Positions 48,982 through 58,852 of a DNA stretch of 64,000 bases are shown here, piece by piece. Origin of the DNA: an uncultured Actinomycetes bacterium (GTDB taxonomy: Bacteria; Actinomycetota; Thermoleophilia; UBA2241). Every line of letters starts with the position of its first letter. The stretch's first letter is position 1. The stretch covers positions 384,001 through 448,000 of the forward strand of contig CAVRZA010000011.1 of NCBI GenBank assembly GCA_963725665.1, written 5' to 3'. Below the pieces are notes generated by a model. That model did not search any database. It was not told the DNA's origin and was given only the letters and a program-made list of their open reading frames with translations. The position numbers were made by a program, and so were the translations under genes.

Positions 48982-49443
48982 TCAGGCGGTCTGCGAGGCG
49001 CCCTCCGCGGGCGCGGGTTGCCGCGCCCGCTGCGCGAGCCACTCGCACAGGCGCTGCTCGACAGCGTCGCGCACGTCGCGGAAGGCGGCGAGCCGCTCCT
49101 CCTCGGTGCCCTGCACTGCGGACGGGTCGGGAAGAGACCAGTGTAGGCGCGTGCCCACCCCGGGAAAGATCGGGCACTCCTTCTCGGCACGGTCACAGAC
49201 GGTGATCAGGACGCCGAAGTGCTGCCTGCCCAGGTACTCGTGCAGGCCCTTGGAGCGTTGGCCGCTGATGTCGATGCCGCGCTCCTTCATGACCGCGATC
49301 GTGAGCGGGTTGATGCCTCGCGGTTCGAGGCCGGCACTGTAGGCCTCGTACTCATCGCCGGCGAAGGTGCGCAGGAAGGCCTCGGCCATCTGACTGCGTG
49401 CTGAGTTGCCGGTGCAGAGAAAGAGCACCCTGGTCTTGCCCAC
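48982..49443 (-). CDS. arsC: Thioredoxin-type (LMW-PTP fold) arsenate reductase
   Basis: VLFLCTGNSARSQMAE, ITVCD...CP.FPG, DP, FRDVRD; AAGGAGG RBS. Confidence 0.93.
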   Translation of the reverse strand: MGKTRVLFLCTGNSARSQMAEAFLRTFAGDEYEAYSAGLEPRGINPLTIAVMKERGIDISGQRSKGLHEYLGRQHFGVLITVCDRAEKECPIFPGVGTRLHWSLPDPSAVQGTEEERLAAFRDVRDAVEQRLCEWLAQRARQPAPAEGASQTA

Positions 49444-49476
49444 ATCAACCTCCTTTGGCCACAACGATGCCCTGGC

Positions 49477-49508
49477 ACCATACCCGCCTCGTGTTAGGAA
49501 TCGGTTAC
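49477..49508 (-). promoter_or_regulatory. PHO-box-like promoter of arsC
   Basis: Minus strand GTAAC-N6-CTAAC-N10-TATGGT. Confidence 0.65.
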
Positions 49509-49690
49509 GGTGCTGCCGGGGCGATGGAGGCCACTCCAGTCGGGCAACAAAGGAAGTCACGGCTGGCCGTGCCGGAAGAGTGGCGAGACTGGGCGCGGCG
49601 GTCCTCGCGGGAGAGAAAGCACGGTGTCCGGCGACGGCACGGTTCGGCTTGGCGCTACGCCCGGCGGTGGGCGGAACGGGGAGTTGGGAT

Positions 49691-51544
49691 TCAGCCGACG
49701 GTCACGACGACCGCGGGGCTCGCCGCCGTCAGCAGCCCCGTCGTCGCCGGGATGCGCACGCGCAGGCTTACGTTTCCGCTCGTCGTGGGCGCGGTCCAGG
49801 TGAAGGAGTAGCTGCTCGTGGCGTCGAGCTTGACGCTGGCCACGTCGCTCCACTTGTCAGCGCTCTTCGTCTGCAGGTGGACGGCCGTCCCGGCGAGGGC
49901 CGGCTTGACCTTGCCGGTGAAGGTGACCGTGCCACCGCCGGCGACGGACGTCGCCGACGCGGAGAGCGTGAGCACCGGCTTGACCGAGATGGTCGTCTCA
50001 GGCGTACGAGCCCCGTCGCTGCCGTAGCTGACGTAGTAGCGCGTCGTGAGCGGCGGCTTGGCGATCCGTGTGTAGGCGGAGTAACCGGCCGTGCCCGCCG
50101 GCAGGCTGGTGGTGCCGCGCGTCGTCGCCAGGGTCTGCGTGTGCCAGGCGCCGGAGCGGTAGAAGTGCAGCGTGACCGTCGCGCCGCTGGCGAGCGCCGG
50201 GTAGGTCCTCCCCGAGAGGGTGGCGGTGGCACCGAACGCAACCACCTTGTGCGTGCTCTGCGAGGGCGAGATTGACATGCTGCGGAAGTAGATCCAGGTG
50301 TCGCGCAATCCCAGGTTCGCGCGCAGCGTCGCACCGGAGATGGGGTGGATGCCGGCGCTGCCGACCACGTAGGCGTTGATGACCCGCGGGGAGGTCCCTC
50401 TCTTCGTCACATAGATCGTCTTGAGAAGGCCGTCGACGCCGCTCGGGTTGGCCGCCGAGTACGTGCCCAGCTTGGATCGGACCGAGCTGGCGCTCATCGT
50501 GACGGGGTCCCAGATGTGGTACGGGCTGGCGCCGTCGTAGGGGTCGGTGACGCCCTTGAGGTAGGGGACGGGGGCGGCGCTGCCCCAGACTTTCTCGATG
50601 TTCTCGGTGTGCCCGCCCGAGGTGGAGAAGTAGTAGGCGACGATCGGCTTGCCGCCGTAGGTGGCGACGACTCCCGCCGTGTCCTTGACCGCCTTGGTCG
50701 TGCTCGGCTCTTCGCCGTGGCCGGCATCGAGGCCGCCGTAGTACTGGCTCGCCGTCGTGCAGTACACGTCGAAGGCGCCCGTCTTGCGCGTGGCGAGCGC
50801 GTAGGAGCGAGCGGCGACGGCCTGGCAGCGCAACGCGGTGGCCGGCCACGAGGCGGGGGACTCGAACGGCACCACACCGTAGAGGTAGCTCTCGAGCGGC
50901 AGGACGTTCACGACCATCAGCCCGGCGGTGAGGTGGACGACTCGTAGCTGTCCGCGGTAGTGCACCCCGGCGGAGCCGTTCTGGTTGGCGTTCACCAGCT
51001 TGAGGTACGACGCGCCCGGCTTGAAGACGACGGGGGTCGCGAAGCGATACGTCGCGGAGCCGGCCACGACCTTGTAGGGGTTGGTGCCGCCGACCCAGGT
51101 GACCTTGGCGACGACGCCGCCGGCGATCGTCTTGGACGTCGAGCCGCTGGTCGCCTTGAAGGCCGTCGTCGCGGTGGCGCTCACCGCGCTCAGACCGGCG
51201 TTCAGCATCACCCTGATAGGCGGGTTGCCCGCGTTGCCGAAGCCGATGCCGGTGTAGTAGTGCTGCAGGATCTGCTTGTAGGTGAGGTCGCTGTGCGTCG
51301 CGTAGCCGTAGGCGCCGTACTGGCTCATGCCGATGCCGTGGCCCCAACCGCGGCCCTTGATGGTGAAGTTGACGGCGCTTGCGGCGCGCGCGGCCGGCGC
51401 GAGCCAGGCGAGCAGCAACAGCATGGCGACGAGGGTGGCGAGCGCGAGCCGCGCGCGCCGCTCACCGGCGCACACTAGCCAAGCGCGCTGCCACGCGGAC
51501 GCGGTTCTCTCTCCAAGGGGTTGTCTGCGGCGGGTGGCATACAT
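49691..51544 (-). CDS. SpoIID/LytB domain protein with C-terminal Ig-like domains
   Basis: GRGWGHGIGMSQYGA, LESYLYGVVPFE, QAVAARSYA, YFSTSGGHTE; signal peptide. Confidence 0.9.
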   Translation of the reverse strand: MYATRRRQPLGERTASAWQRAWLVCAGERRARLALATLVAMLLLLAWLAPAARAASAVNFTIKGRGWGHGIGMSQYGAYGYATHSDLTYKQILQHYYTGIGFGNAGNPPIRVMLNAGLSAVSATATTAFKATSGSTSKTIAGGVVAKVTWVGGTNPYKVVAGSATYRFATPVVFKPGASYLKLVNANQNGSAGVHYRGQLRVVHLTAGLMVVNVLPLESYLYGVVPFESPASWPATALRCQAVAARSYALATRKTGAFDVYCTTASQYYGGLDAGHGEEPSTTKAVKDTAGVVATYGGKPIVAYYFSTSGGHTENIEKVWGSAAPVPYLKGVTDPYDGASPYHIWDPVTMSASSVRSKLGTYSAANPSGVDGLLKTIYVTKRGTSPRVINAYVVGSAGIHPISGATLRANLGLRDTWIYFRSMSISPSQSTHKVVAFGATATLSGRTYPALASGATVTLHFYRSGAWHTQTLATTRGTTSLPAGTAGYSAYTRIAKPPLTTRYYVSYGSDGARTPETTISVKPVLTLSASATSVAGGGTVTFTGKVKPALAGTAVHLQTKSADKWSDVASVKLDATSSYSFTWTAPTTSGNVSLRVRIPATTGLLTAASPAVVVTVG

Positions 51545-51810
51545 CGTGCCGGCCTCACCTCATCGTCGCGGGCTCGTTTCTTACCCGAGGATACGGATCG
51601 CTGGTCGAGGGGGCAACCTGGGTCCCCTCGGGTCCGCCGTTCCCCGACACCGCCCTTCTCTTCTTCTGCTATCGGCAGCGTCCTCTTTTTCATAAACGTC
51701 GCCGGAGGCCGATCCTTGACCGCGCTCAAGGGATCTCACGCGGCGTCCGATAGCGAGAGAGACGGCGCAGATACTGCCCGACGGCATCGATTGGCTGCGC
51801 CCGAACGGCG

Positions 51811-53016
51811 ATGAAGGCCTTCACCAGGACACTGCACCTGTCGGCGGCGGTCACTCTCGTGACCGCGCTCGCGGCGCTGGCCGCGCCGGTCGCCCGAGCC
51901 CAGACCTACCCCGACGTCCCCAAGGGCATGTGGGCGCGGGCCGCCATCGACTGGGCGACCGACCAGGGACCGGCCGGCAACAAGCTCCTCGACGACTACG
52001 ACGGCGTCGCCTTCAAGCCGGATCGGGCGATCACGAGGGCGCAGCTGGCGCGCGCCCTCGTGATCGCCTCCGGGCACGCGAGCGACGCTCTCACCGAACC
52101 CAAAGTCCTGGCGGACACGCCGCCCCAGCACCCCTACTACATCGACGTCGAGTTGGCCGTGAGACTCCATCTCCTCGGCACCTACCGCGACGGGTTCCGC
52201 CCCGATGTCCCGGCAACGACGACGCAGGTGAACAAGGCGATCGTCAGGATGCTGCGCCAGCGCAATGCGGGCCTCGACTGGACTATGCTGGCGGCCCTCT
52301 CGCCCGCGAACTGGGAGCCCAACCCGGGCTGGAAGACCGGAGCCCCGACGACCCTGCCCTTCGAAGTAGCGGCGCACTTCTTGAACCTGCGCTACAACCA
52401 TCCTTCGGGCACCGACGCCCAGGAGATCTCGCCCCTCGAGCCGATAGGCCGCGACGAGGTCGCCTATAGCCTCTACCAAGCGTCCCATCTGAGCTCGTGG
52501 CAGCTCAGCTCGCTCTCGTGGTACGACGCCGTCGTCCTGCCCAAGCTCACGACGAGGCAGAAGCAGATCGTCTCGTTCGCGCTCAAGTACGTCGGCTACC
52601 CGTACGTCTGGGCCGGCGAGTATCCGACGAAGAGCTCGCCGTACGGCGCGCAGGCCCACGGGGGCTTCGACTGCTCGGGCTTCGTGTGGTGGGTGATGAA
52701 GATCAGCATGCACTACCCGATCCCCGACTCGCAGCGCACCGCGGCCGCCATGGCGGCCGCCGCCAAACCGCGCATCACGCGCAGCCACCTCGTGCCCGGC
52801 GACATCATCTACTTCGGCCCCAACGGACCCAAGTCGACGGCGGCGTCGGTCTATCACGCGGCGGTCTACCTGGGCCGAGGCTGGTTCATCCACTCGAGCG
52901 GCTACGCGGCGAACGGCGTCAACCTTGCCTCCCTCAACTGGTCGGGCTGGAGCTGGCAGAGCGACTTCGCCTGGGGACGGCGCGTCCTGAAGAAGGGCGA
53001 GTTCATAGCCCCCTGA
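51811..53016 (+). CDS. Secreted SLH-like + NlpC/P60 peptidoglycan endopeptidase
   Basis: YPDVP..WA..AI, FKPDRAITRAQ (SLH-like); GYPYVWAG, GFDCSGF, PGDIIYF, H..VYLG..FIHSS. Confidence 0.88.
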   Translation: MKAFTRTLHLSAAVTLVTALAALAAPVARAQTYPDVPKGMWARAAIDWATDQGPAGNKLLDDYDGVAFKPDRAITRAQLARALVIASGHASDALTEPKVLADTPPQHPYYIDVELAVRLHLLGTYRDGFRPDVPATTTQVNKAIVRMLRQRNAGLDWTMLAALSPANWEPNPGWKTGAPTTLPFEVAAHFLNLRYNHPSGTDAQEISPLEPIGRDEVAYSLYQASHLSSWQLSSLSWYDAVVLPKLTTRQKQIVSFALKYVGYPYVWAGEYPTKSSPYGAQAHGGFDCSGFVWWVMKISMHYPIPDSQRTAAAMAAAAKPRITRSHLVPGDIIYFGPNGPKSTAASVYHAAVYLGRGWFIHSSGYAANGVNLASLNWSGWSWQSDFAWGRRVLKKGEFIAP

Positions 53017-53092
53017 GACCGGCCCGTCGCGGCCGGTGCGCTGGGCCCCGGATGCACGCCGCGAGCGAACTGGGATACAATCAGTCCGCATC

Positions 53093-54703
53093 ATGAGACG
53101 TAGTACGTACGCACTTCTCCTCGCCACGCTGACGATCGGCGCCGTCTTCGGCTTCGTCGCTCAGGCTCGCTCCGCGGACCCCGTCTCCGACCCCACCCCT
53201 CCGGTGGGCAAGGTCTCTTTGCCGGCCGCGGTGAACACTTCCGAGGTCACCGTCACGCTCGATCTCGGCGACCCCGAGTCGGGTCTCGTCGCCGTCAGGG
53301 TGAGCAACGACGGTGCGACCTTCGGGGAGTGGACCACTCCGCCGAGCCCAGCGGCCGGCGGCACCGCGAGCGTCATGCCGTGGGTCCTCAGCGACGGCGA
53401 CGGGCCCAAGACCGTGACCGTCGAGGCGCGCAACGACGGCGGCGCGGTGTCGAGCTTCACGGCGACCACCGTTCTCGACACCGCGCCGCCGCTCGTCACG
53501 GGCAGCGAACCGCCGAGCGGCGCGGCGCTCGCGACGCCGCCCACCCTGATCGTGGTGCACTACTCCGAGCCGCTGGCCACATCGCCGCTGCCGACGGCTG
53601 TGATGCCCGGCGGGCCCCTCTTCACGGTCACGGTGAGCGGCGCCGACGTGAAGCTCAAGCCGCGCAAGGCCATCGTGCCCGGAGCCGCCTACCAGTTGAC
53701 GCTCGACGGTGCGCGCGACCTGGCGGGCAACGCGGCGGCGCCGGCGCAGGTCGACTTCACGGTCGACCAGGGGGCGACGACGCTCACGGCGTCCGCCTCA
53801 CCGACGACGGTCGTGTACGGCAAGCTGACGATCATCAAAGGCAGGCTCAGCAGGGCCGGCGCGCCCGTCGTGCTCTACCGCCAGAAGGCGGGCGAGACGA
53901 CCTTCACGCGCATCGCCGGCAAGACGAGCTCGGCGACCGGCGCCTTCACCTTCCGGCGCACGCCGGTCGCCGCCACGACCTACCGCCTCGAGTACGCGGG
54001 CGACGAGCACTGGCTCCCGGCGGCGACTGAGGTGACGGTGAGGGTGAGGCCAAAGATCACGCTGAGGGCTACACCGCAGGAGTTCTTTCTCGGCAGGCGC
54101 ACCGTCCTGAGAGGCGTCGTCGCGCCCGCTCACCCCGGCGCCACGGTGGTCGTGCAGCGCCCTGTGGGGGGAACGTGGACGGACTGGCGTACGCTCACGC
54201 TGGACGACTCGTCGGCGTTCTCGACGAGCTTCAAGCCGAAACGCTGGGGCTTGCGCTACTTCCGCGTGCGCATCGCTGCCGACGCCGACCACGCGGCCGG
54301 CCTCAGCCCCAGGCTGCGGGTGGTCGTCGACAACCCGAACCCGCACCACATCTCGATGCTCTTCAAGCACTTCATCGTGATCGACATCAGCGAATGTCAC
54401 CTCTACTACTACGAGACGGGACGAGTGCTGCGGCGCATCGACGTGGTGATCGGCAAGCCGTCGACGCCGACGCCCAGGGGCCAGTGGGCCGTCTACACGA
54501 AGTCGGCGCACCCGGGCGGGCCGTTCGGGGCCTACGTGATGTTCTACTACCGCGGCTACGGCATCCACGGCACCAACGAACCTTGGCTCCTGTCGCTCTG
54601 GCCGCGGTACTACTCGCACGGCTGCTGCCGCATGTCGAACGCCAACATCACCTGGCTCTGGCCGCAGTGTCCCATCGGGACGCCGGTGCGCAACGTCTAC
54701 TAG
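53093..54703 (+). CDS. L,D-transpeptidase (YkuD) with multiple Ig-like domains
   Basis: PTPRG, GIHGT...SHGCCRM; signal peptide. Confidence 0.88.
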   Translation: MRRSTYALLLATLTIGAVFGFVAQARSADPVSDPTPPVGKVSLPAAVNTSEVTVTLDLGDPESGLVAVRVSNDGATFGEWTTPPSPAAGGTASVMPWVLSDGDGPKTVTVEARNDGGAVSSFTATTVLDTAPPLVTGSEPPSGAALATPPTLIVVHYSEPLATSPLPTAVMPGGPLFTVTVSGADVKLKPRKAIVPGAAYQLTLDGARDLAGNAAAPAQVDFTVDQGATTLTASASPTTVVYGKLTIIKGRLSRAGAPVVLYRQKAGETTFTRIAGKTSSATGAFTFRRTPVAATTYRLEYAGDEHWLPAATEVTVRVRPKITLRATPQEFFLGRRTVLRGVVAPAHPGATVVVQRPVGGTWTDWRTLTLDDSSAFSTSFKPKRWGLRYFRVRIAADADHAAGLSPRLRVVVDNPNPHHISMLFKHFIVIDISECHLYYYETGRVLRRIDVVIGKPSTPTPRGQWAVYTKSAHPGGPFGAYVMFYYRGYGIHGTNEPWLLSLWPRYYSHGCCRMSNANITWLWPQCPIGTPVRNVY

Positions 54704-54715
54704 GTCCAGCCGCCC

Positions 54716-55717
54716 TCAGGCGAGCCCGCGGTACTGCGCCGCGTAGTACTGCCTCCACTCGCCGGACTTGATCTTGCCCCACCACCATTCGTTCTCCGCG
54801 TACCACCGCACGGTGGCCGCAAGACCCTCGTCGAACGGGATGCGCGGTGTCCAGCCCAGACCGCGGAGACGCGAGCAGTCGAGCGCGTAACGTCGGTCGT
54901 GCCCCGGTCTGTCGTTCACGAAGCGGATCAGGTCATCGCCCTTGCTCAGGAGCCGTAGCACCTGCCGGATAAGAGTGAGGTTGGTGCGCTCGTTGCCGCC
55001 CCCGACGTTGTAGATCGTACCCTCGTGGCCTCGCCGCAGGATCAGGTCGATGGCGCGGCAGTTATCGTCGACGTGGATCCAATCGCGTGTCTGCAGGCCG
55101 TCCCCGTACACCGGCAGGAGCTGGTCTGCGAGGGCGTTGGTGACGAAGAGCGGGATCAGCTTCTCGGGGTACTGGTTGGGGCCATAGTTGTTGGAACTGC
55201 GCGTGATGAGGACGGGTAGACCGAAGGTGGTCGCGGCGGCCAAAACGAGCATGTCGGCGCCCGCCTTGCTGGCCGAGTAGGGGCTCGAGGGCTTCAGGGG
55301 GTCTGCTTCGCTGAAGGCGCCCTCGTCGATCGACCCGTAGACCTCGTCGGTGGACACCTGTAGGTACCGCGCCACCCCGTGCCGGCGAGCCGCCTCGAGG
55401 AGCACGTGCGTGCCGAGCACGTCGGTGCGGATGAAGTCCTGCGGACCTGTGATCGAGCGATCGACATGGGTCTCGGCGGCGAAGTTCACGACCGCGTCGG
55501 CGCCGCGGACGACGGCGTCGACGACCTCGGGGTCGCAGATGTCGCCCTTGACGAATGTGTAGCGCGCCTCGCCCTCGACGTCGCGCAGGTTGTCGAGGTT
55601 GCCGGCGTAGGTGAGCTTGTCGAGGTTGACCACCTCGTCGTCGGGGTGCTCGCGCAGGAGGAGGCGGATGAAGTGCGAGCCGATGAAGCCCGCGCCGCCG
55701 GTGACCGTGATCTTCAC
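54716..55717 (-). CDS. rfbB: dTDP-glucose 4,6-dehydratase
   Basis: VTGGAGFIGS, DKLTYAGN, STDEVYG, PYSASKA, DRPGHDRRY. Confidence 0.96.
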   Translation of the reverse strand: MKITVTGGAGFIGSHFIRLLLREHPDDEVVNLDKLTYAGNLDNLRDVEGEARYTFVKGDICDPEVVDAVVRGADAVVNFAAETHVDRSITGPQDFIRTDVLGTHVLLEAARRHGVARYLQVSTDEVYGSIDEGAFSEADPLKPSSPYSASKAGADMLVLAAATTFGLPVLITRSSNNYGPNQYPEKLIPLFVTNALADQLLPVYGDGLQTRDWIHVDDNCRAIDLILRRGHEGTIYNVGGGNERTNLTLIRQVLRLLSKGDDLIRFVNDRPGHDRRYALDCSRLRGLGWTPRIPFDEGLAATVRWYAENEWWWGKIKSGEWRQYYAAQYRGLA

Positions 55718-55790
55718 GTCCCCCTCCCCTTTCTCAGGCGCCAAGCGGACGGACGCGCGCGGGCATCGTCGCGGTCCGCGCGGCCCGCCT

Positions 55791-56651
55791 TCACGGCAGC
55801 TCGGCGAGCAGTTCGTCCATGACCGCGCGCACGCCCTCAAGCCAGTGCGGCAGGGAGGGCACGTCGCGCTCGCTGCGCAGAGCCGAGTAGGCGGGCCGCG
55901 CCGCGGCGCGGCCCGCCTCACTCGTCGTGATCGGCACCACCGTAACGTCGAGGCCGGCCAGCTCGACGACCTCGCGCGCGAGGTCGCACCACGTGCACTC
56001 GCCGGCACCGGCCATGTGGACGATGCCGGGGTCGAGGCCGTGCCAGAAGGCCTGCTGCACGGCCTCAGCGAGGTGGCCGGCGTAGGTCGGCGAGCCCACC
56101 TGGTCATCGACGACCCGCAGCGGCTCCGATGAGCCCGTCTTCGCGCGCCGGCGGGCCTCGCTCAAGATCGTCGTGACGAAGTTGCGGCCGGTGGCCGAGA
56201 AGAGCCACGCCGTGCGCACGACCGTGCCGCGCACCCAGGCGAGCGCCTCACGCTCGCCGGCGAGCTTGGTGCGCCCGTAGGCGTTCACTGGATCGGGCTC
56301 GTCGTGTTCGACGTACGGTGAGTCCTTCGTGCCGTCGAAGACGTAGTCGGTCGAGAAGTAGACCACGTGCGCCTTGGTGCCGCGCACGGCCTCGATCACG
56401 TTGCGGGTCCCGAGCGAGTTGACCGCGAAGGCCGTCTCTTCGTCGGCCTCCGCACCGTCGACGTCCGTGTAGCCAGCCGTGTGCAACACGACGTCGGGGG
56501 CGAAGCCGCGCACGGCGGTGGCGACGCCGCGCGCGTCGCGGATGTCGAGCGCCGCCTCGCGGGCGATGAAGACATCGCCCGCGAGGCGGCGCTCGAACTC
56601 CGTCGCCAGCTGGCCGCCACCGCCGGTCACGAACCAGCGCGTGAGGCTCAC
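55791..56651 (-). CDS. rfbD: dTDP-4-dehydrorhamnose reductase
   Basis: TGGGGQL, STDYVFDG, YGRTKLAGE, DQVGSPT. Confidence 0.94.
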   Translation of the reverse strand: MSLTRWFVTGGGGQLATEFERRLAGDVFIAREAALDIRDARGVATAVRGFAPDVVLHTAGYTDVDGAEADEETAFAVNSLGTRNVIEAVRGTKAHVVYFSTDYVFDGTKDSPYVEHDEPDPVNAYGRTKLAGEREALAWVRGTVVRTAWLFSATGRNFVTTILSEARRRAKTGSSEPLRVVDDQVGSPTYAGHLAEAVQQAFWHGLDPGIVHMAGAGECTWCDLAREVVELAGLDVTVVPITTSEAGRAAARPAYSALRSERDVPSLPHWLEGVRAVMDELLAELP

Positions 56652-56697
56652 GCGGCGCGCCCTGTGCTCGGCGGCGCGAATGTCTGCCCCGACGCGC

Positions 56698-57153
56698 TCA
56701 GCGGAACTTCACCCCCCAGTCGTAGGGGATCTGCGGCGTGTCGGGCGGCAGCTCCTCCTGATCGGGCTGCTCGTAGTGATAGACCTCGGTCGGCGCGTTG
56801 ACGATGAACGCTTCCTCCGTGCCGACACACTTCCAGCCATGGTAGACGCCGGGCGGCACGCGCACGAGCAGCGGCCGCTGCTCGCCCAGGAAGTGCTCCT
56901 CGAGAGCGCCGTTGCTGGGCGAGCCCTCACGGGCGTCGTAGAGCACGAGCTTGATCATGCCGCTGACGCAGACGATGTTGTCCCACTGCACGCGGTGCAG
57001 GTGCCAGCCCTTCACGACACCGGGGTACGTGGTGGTCATGTAGAGCTGGCCGAACTTGATGAAGAGCTCGTCGTCGGAGCGCAGGCACTCCATCAGACGA
57101 CCCCGCTCGTCGGGAATCACCCGCAACTGCTTGGTCATCACGCCCTCGATCAC
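56698..57153 (-). CDS. rfbC: dTDP-4-dehydrorhamnose 3,5-epimerase family
   Basis: DERGRLME, PGVVKGWHLH, PPGVYHG. Confidence 0.9.
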   Translation of the reverse strand: MIEGVMTKQLRVIPDERGRLMECLRSDDELFIKFGQLYMTTTYPGVVKGWHLHRVQWDNIVCVSGMIKLVLYDAREGSPSNGALEEHFLGEQRPLLVRVPPGVYHGWKCVGTEEAFIVNAPTEVYHYEQPDQEELPPDTPQIPYDWGVKFR

Positions 57154-57220
57154 CCGCCTGCCTCCTCGTCACCTGGGATCGCGCGGGACCTCGGGGCCGC
57201 TTTCGATCTCCCGGTGGGCG

Positions 57221-58285
57221 TCACAGGACGCCGATCTGACTCGACTCGCCGACCATGAAACGGTAGGCGACCGGCCGCGCATCGGAGCGGCCGATGGTGC
57301 AGTTCTTGCCGATCAGGCTGTCGGCTATCCGTGCGTTCAGGCGCGCGATGTGGCTGCCGGCGAGGACAATGGAGTGCTCGATCTCGGCGCCCTCGATGAC
57401 GACTCCGCAATCGATGGCCGTGTAGGGTCCGATGAAGGTGTCCGCGATGACGCAGTCGGCGCCGATGACGGCCGGCCCGCGCACGGTGCAGCGCTCGAGG
57501 CGCGTCCGCTCGGCGATGACCACCTGGCCCTCCAGCTGCGTGTCGATGAGCTCGCCCCTGACGTCGCTCTCGATGGTGCTCAGGATGAGTCGGTTCGCCT
57601 CGAGGATGTCCTCGAGCTTGCCGGTGTCCTTCCACCAGCCGCTGACGATGTGCGACTCCACGCGCAGGCCGCGATCGACCATGTCCTGGATGGCGTCGGT
57701 GATCTCGAGCTCCCCGCGGCTCGAGGGTCTGATCGCCTTCGCGCTGGCGAAGATCGCGCTGGTGAACAGGTACACCCCCACCAGCGCGAGGTCGCTGCGC
57801 GGCTGCGCCGGCTTCTCGGCCAGCCGCGTGACGACGCCCTCGGGGCTGAGCTCCGCGACGCCGTAGGACTGCGGGTCGTCGACCTTCTGCAGGAGGATGA
57901 GCGCGTCGGGTCGGCTCTCGGCGAAACGCTCGACGAAGCGGACGATGCCCTCCTTGAGCAGGTTGTCGCCGAGGTACATGACGAAGGGCTCGTCGCCCAG
58001 GAAGTCCTCGGCGATGAGGAGGGCGTGGGCCAGGCCCAGGGGCGCCTCCTGGGGGATGTAGGTGACCTGCAGCCCCCAGCGGCTGCCGTCGCCCACGGCG
58101 GCCTCGATCTCGGCGCGCGTGTCTCCGACGACGACGCCGACCTCGCGGATGCCGGCGTCGCGCATCGCCTCGAGGCCGTAGAAGAGGACCGGCTTGTTGG
58201 CCACGGGGACGAGCTGCTTGGCGGACGTGTGGGTGATGGGGCGCAGGCGCGTCCCCGCCCCGCCGCTCAGGATGAGACCCTTCAC
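57221..58285 (-). CDS. rfbA: Glucose-1-phosphate thymidylyltransferase, long form
   Basis: GGAGTRLRPIT..KQL, YLGDN, RGELEITD, GWWKDTG. Confidence 0.95.
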   Translation of the reverse strand: MKGLILSGGAGTRLRPITHTSAKQLVPVANKPVLFYGLEAMRDAGIREVGVVVGDTRAEIEAAVGDGSRWGLQVTYIPQEAPLGLAHALLIAEDFLGDEPFVMYLGDNLLKEGIVRFVERFAESRPDALILLQKVDDPQSYGVAELSPEGVVTRLAEKPAQPRSDLALVGVYLFTSAIFASAKAIRPSSRGELEITDAIQDMVDRGLRVESHIVSGWWKDTGKLEDILEANRLILSTIESDVRGELIDTQLEGQVVIAERTRLERCTVRGPAVIGADCVIADTFIGPYTAIDCGVVIEGAEIEHSIVLAGSHIARLNARIADSLIGKNCTIGRSDARPVAYRFMVGESSQIGVL

Positions 58286-58336
58286 GCCAGCCCCCCTATC
58301 TCAGCGGTCGCGGGTAACGGAGAGAGGCCTCGCGGC

Positions 58337-58612
58337 CTAGATGGACTCGTAGTCGTCGAGCTCCTCGTCGCTCTCGGTGGAGATCAGATCGAGGACGTTC
58401 TCCGCGTCGACTGCCTTGCCCATGAACACGACGCTCGGCCCGGCGTAGACGGTCACCTTGTCGCCCGGCTTGAACACGACGGGGGCGCCGGCTCTCCTGA
58501 CGTTGGTCAGGGTGGAATGGTCGAGATCGCGCACGACCTCGCAGGAGTCGATCTCGAACGGCTCGTCGTCGTCGATCTGCAGACGGGGCTCTCTGTCCTT
58601 CTCGATGAGCAC
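58337..58612 (-). CDS. Small acidic hypothetical protein
   Basis: Host-like codons; TGcTATAAT 9 nt upstream of GTG. Confidence 0.7.
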   Translation of the reverse strand: MLIEKDREPRLQIDDDEPFEIDSCEVVRDLDHSTLTNVRRAGAPVVFKPGDKVTVYAGPSVVFMGKAVDAENVLDLISTESDEELDDYESI

Positions 58613-58852
58613 GATGGCGGGATTATAGCAGTCGCACCGTTCGCGCCCTGTTCCGGTGATGCGGTCGGGGAGTGCGGGTCGTCAAAGGGACGGAGTCATG
58701 AGTCGTCGCGTGTGCGCGAAGATGGACTCCAAACCCTCGATAGGTATCATTGAGGGCCAAGGCGGGGTCGAGCGCGCCGGGGACGGCGCCCGCTGGAGCT
58801 GGCGGTCCGTCCGCGCTCCTCCCGTTGCCGCAGGGACGACAGGAAAGGGGGT

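Noticed and set aside
51560-51740. Possible c-di-AMP (ydaO) riboswitch before cell-wall enzyme genes
   Set aside because: Hairpins are present, but the GCTGAATCC and GTCAGCTAAC-type conserved blocks were not found on either strand
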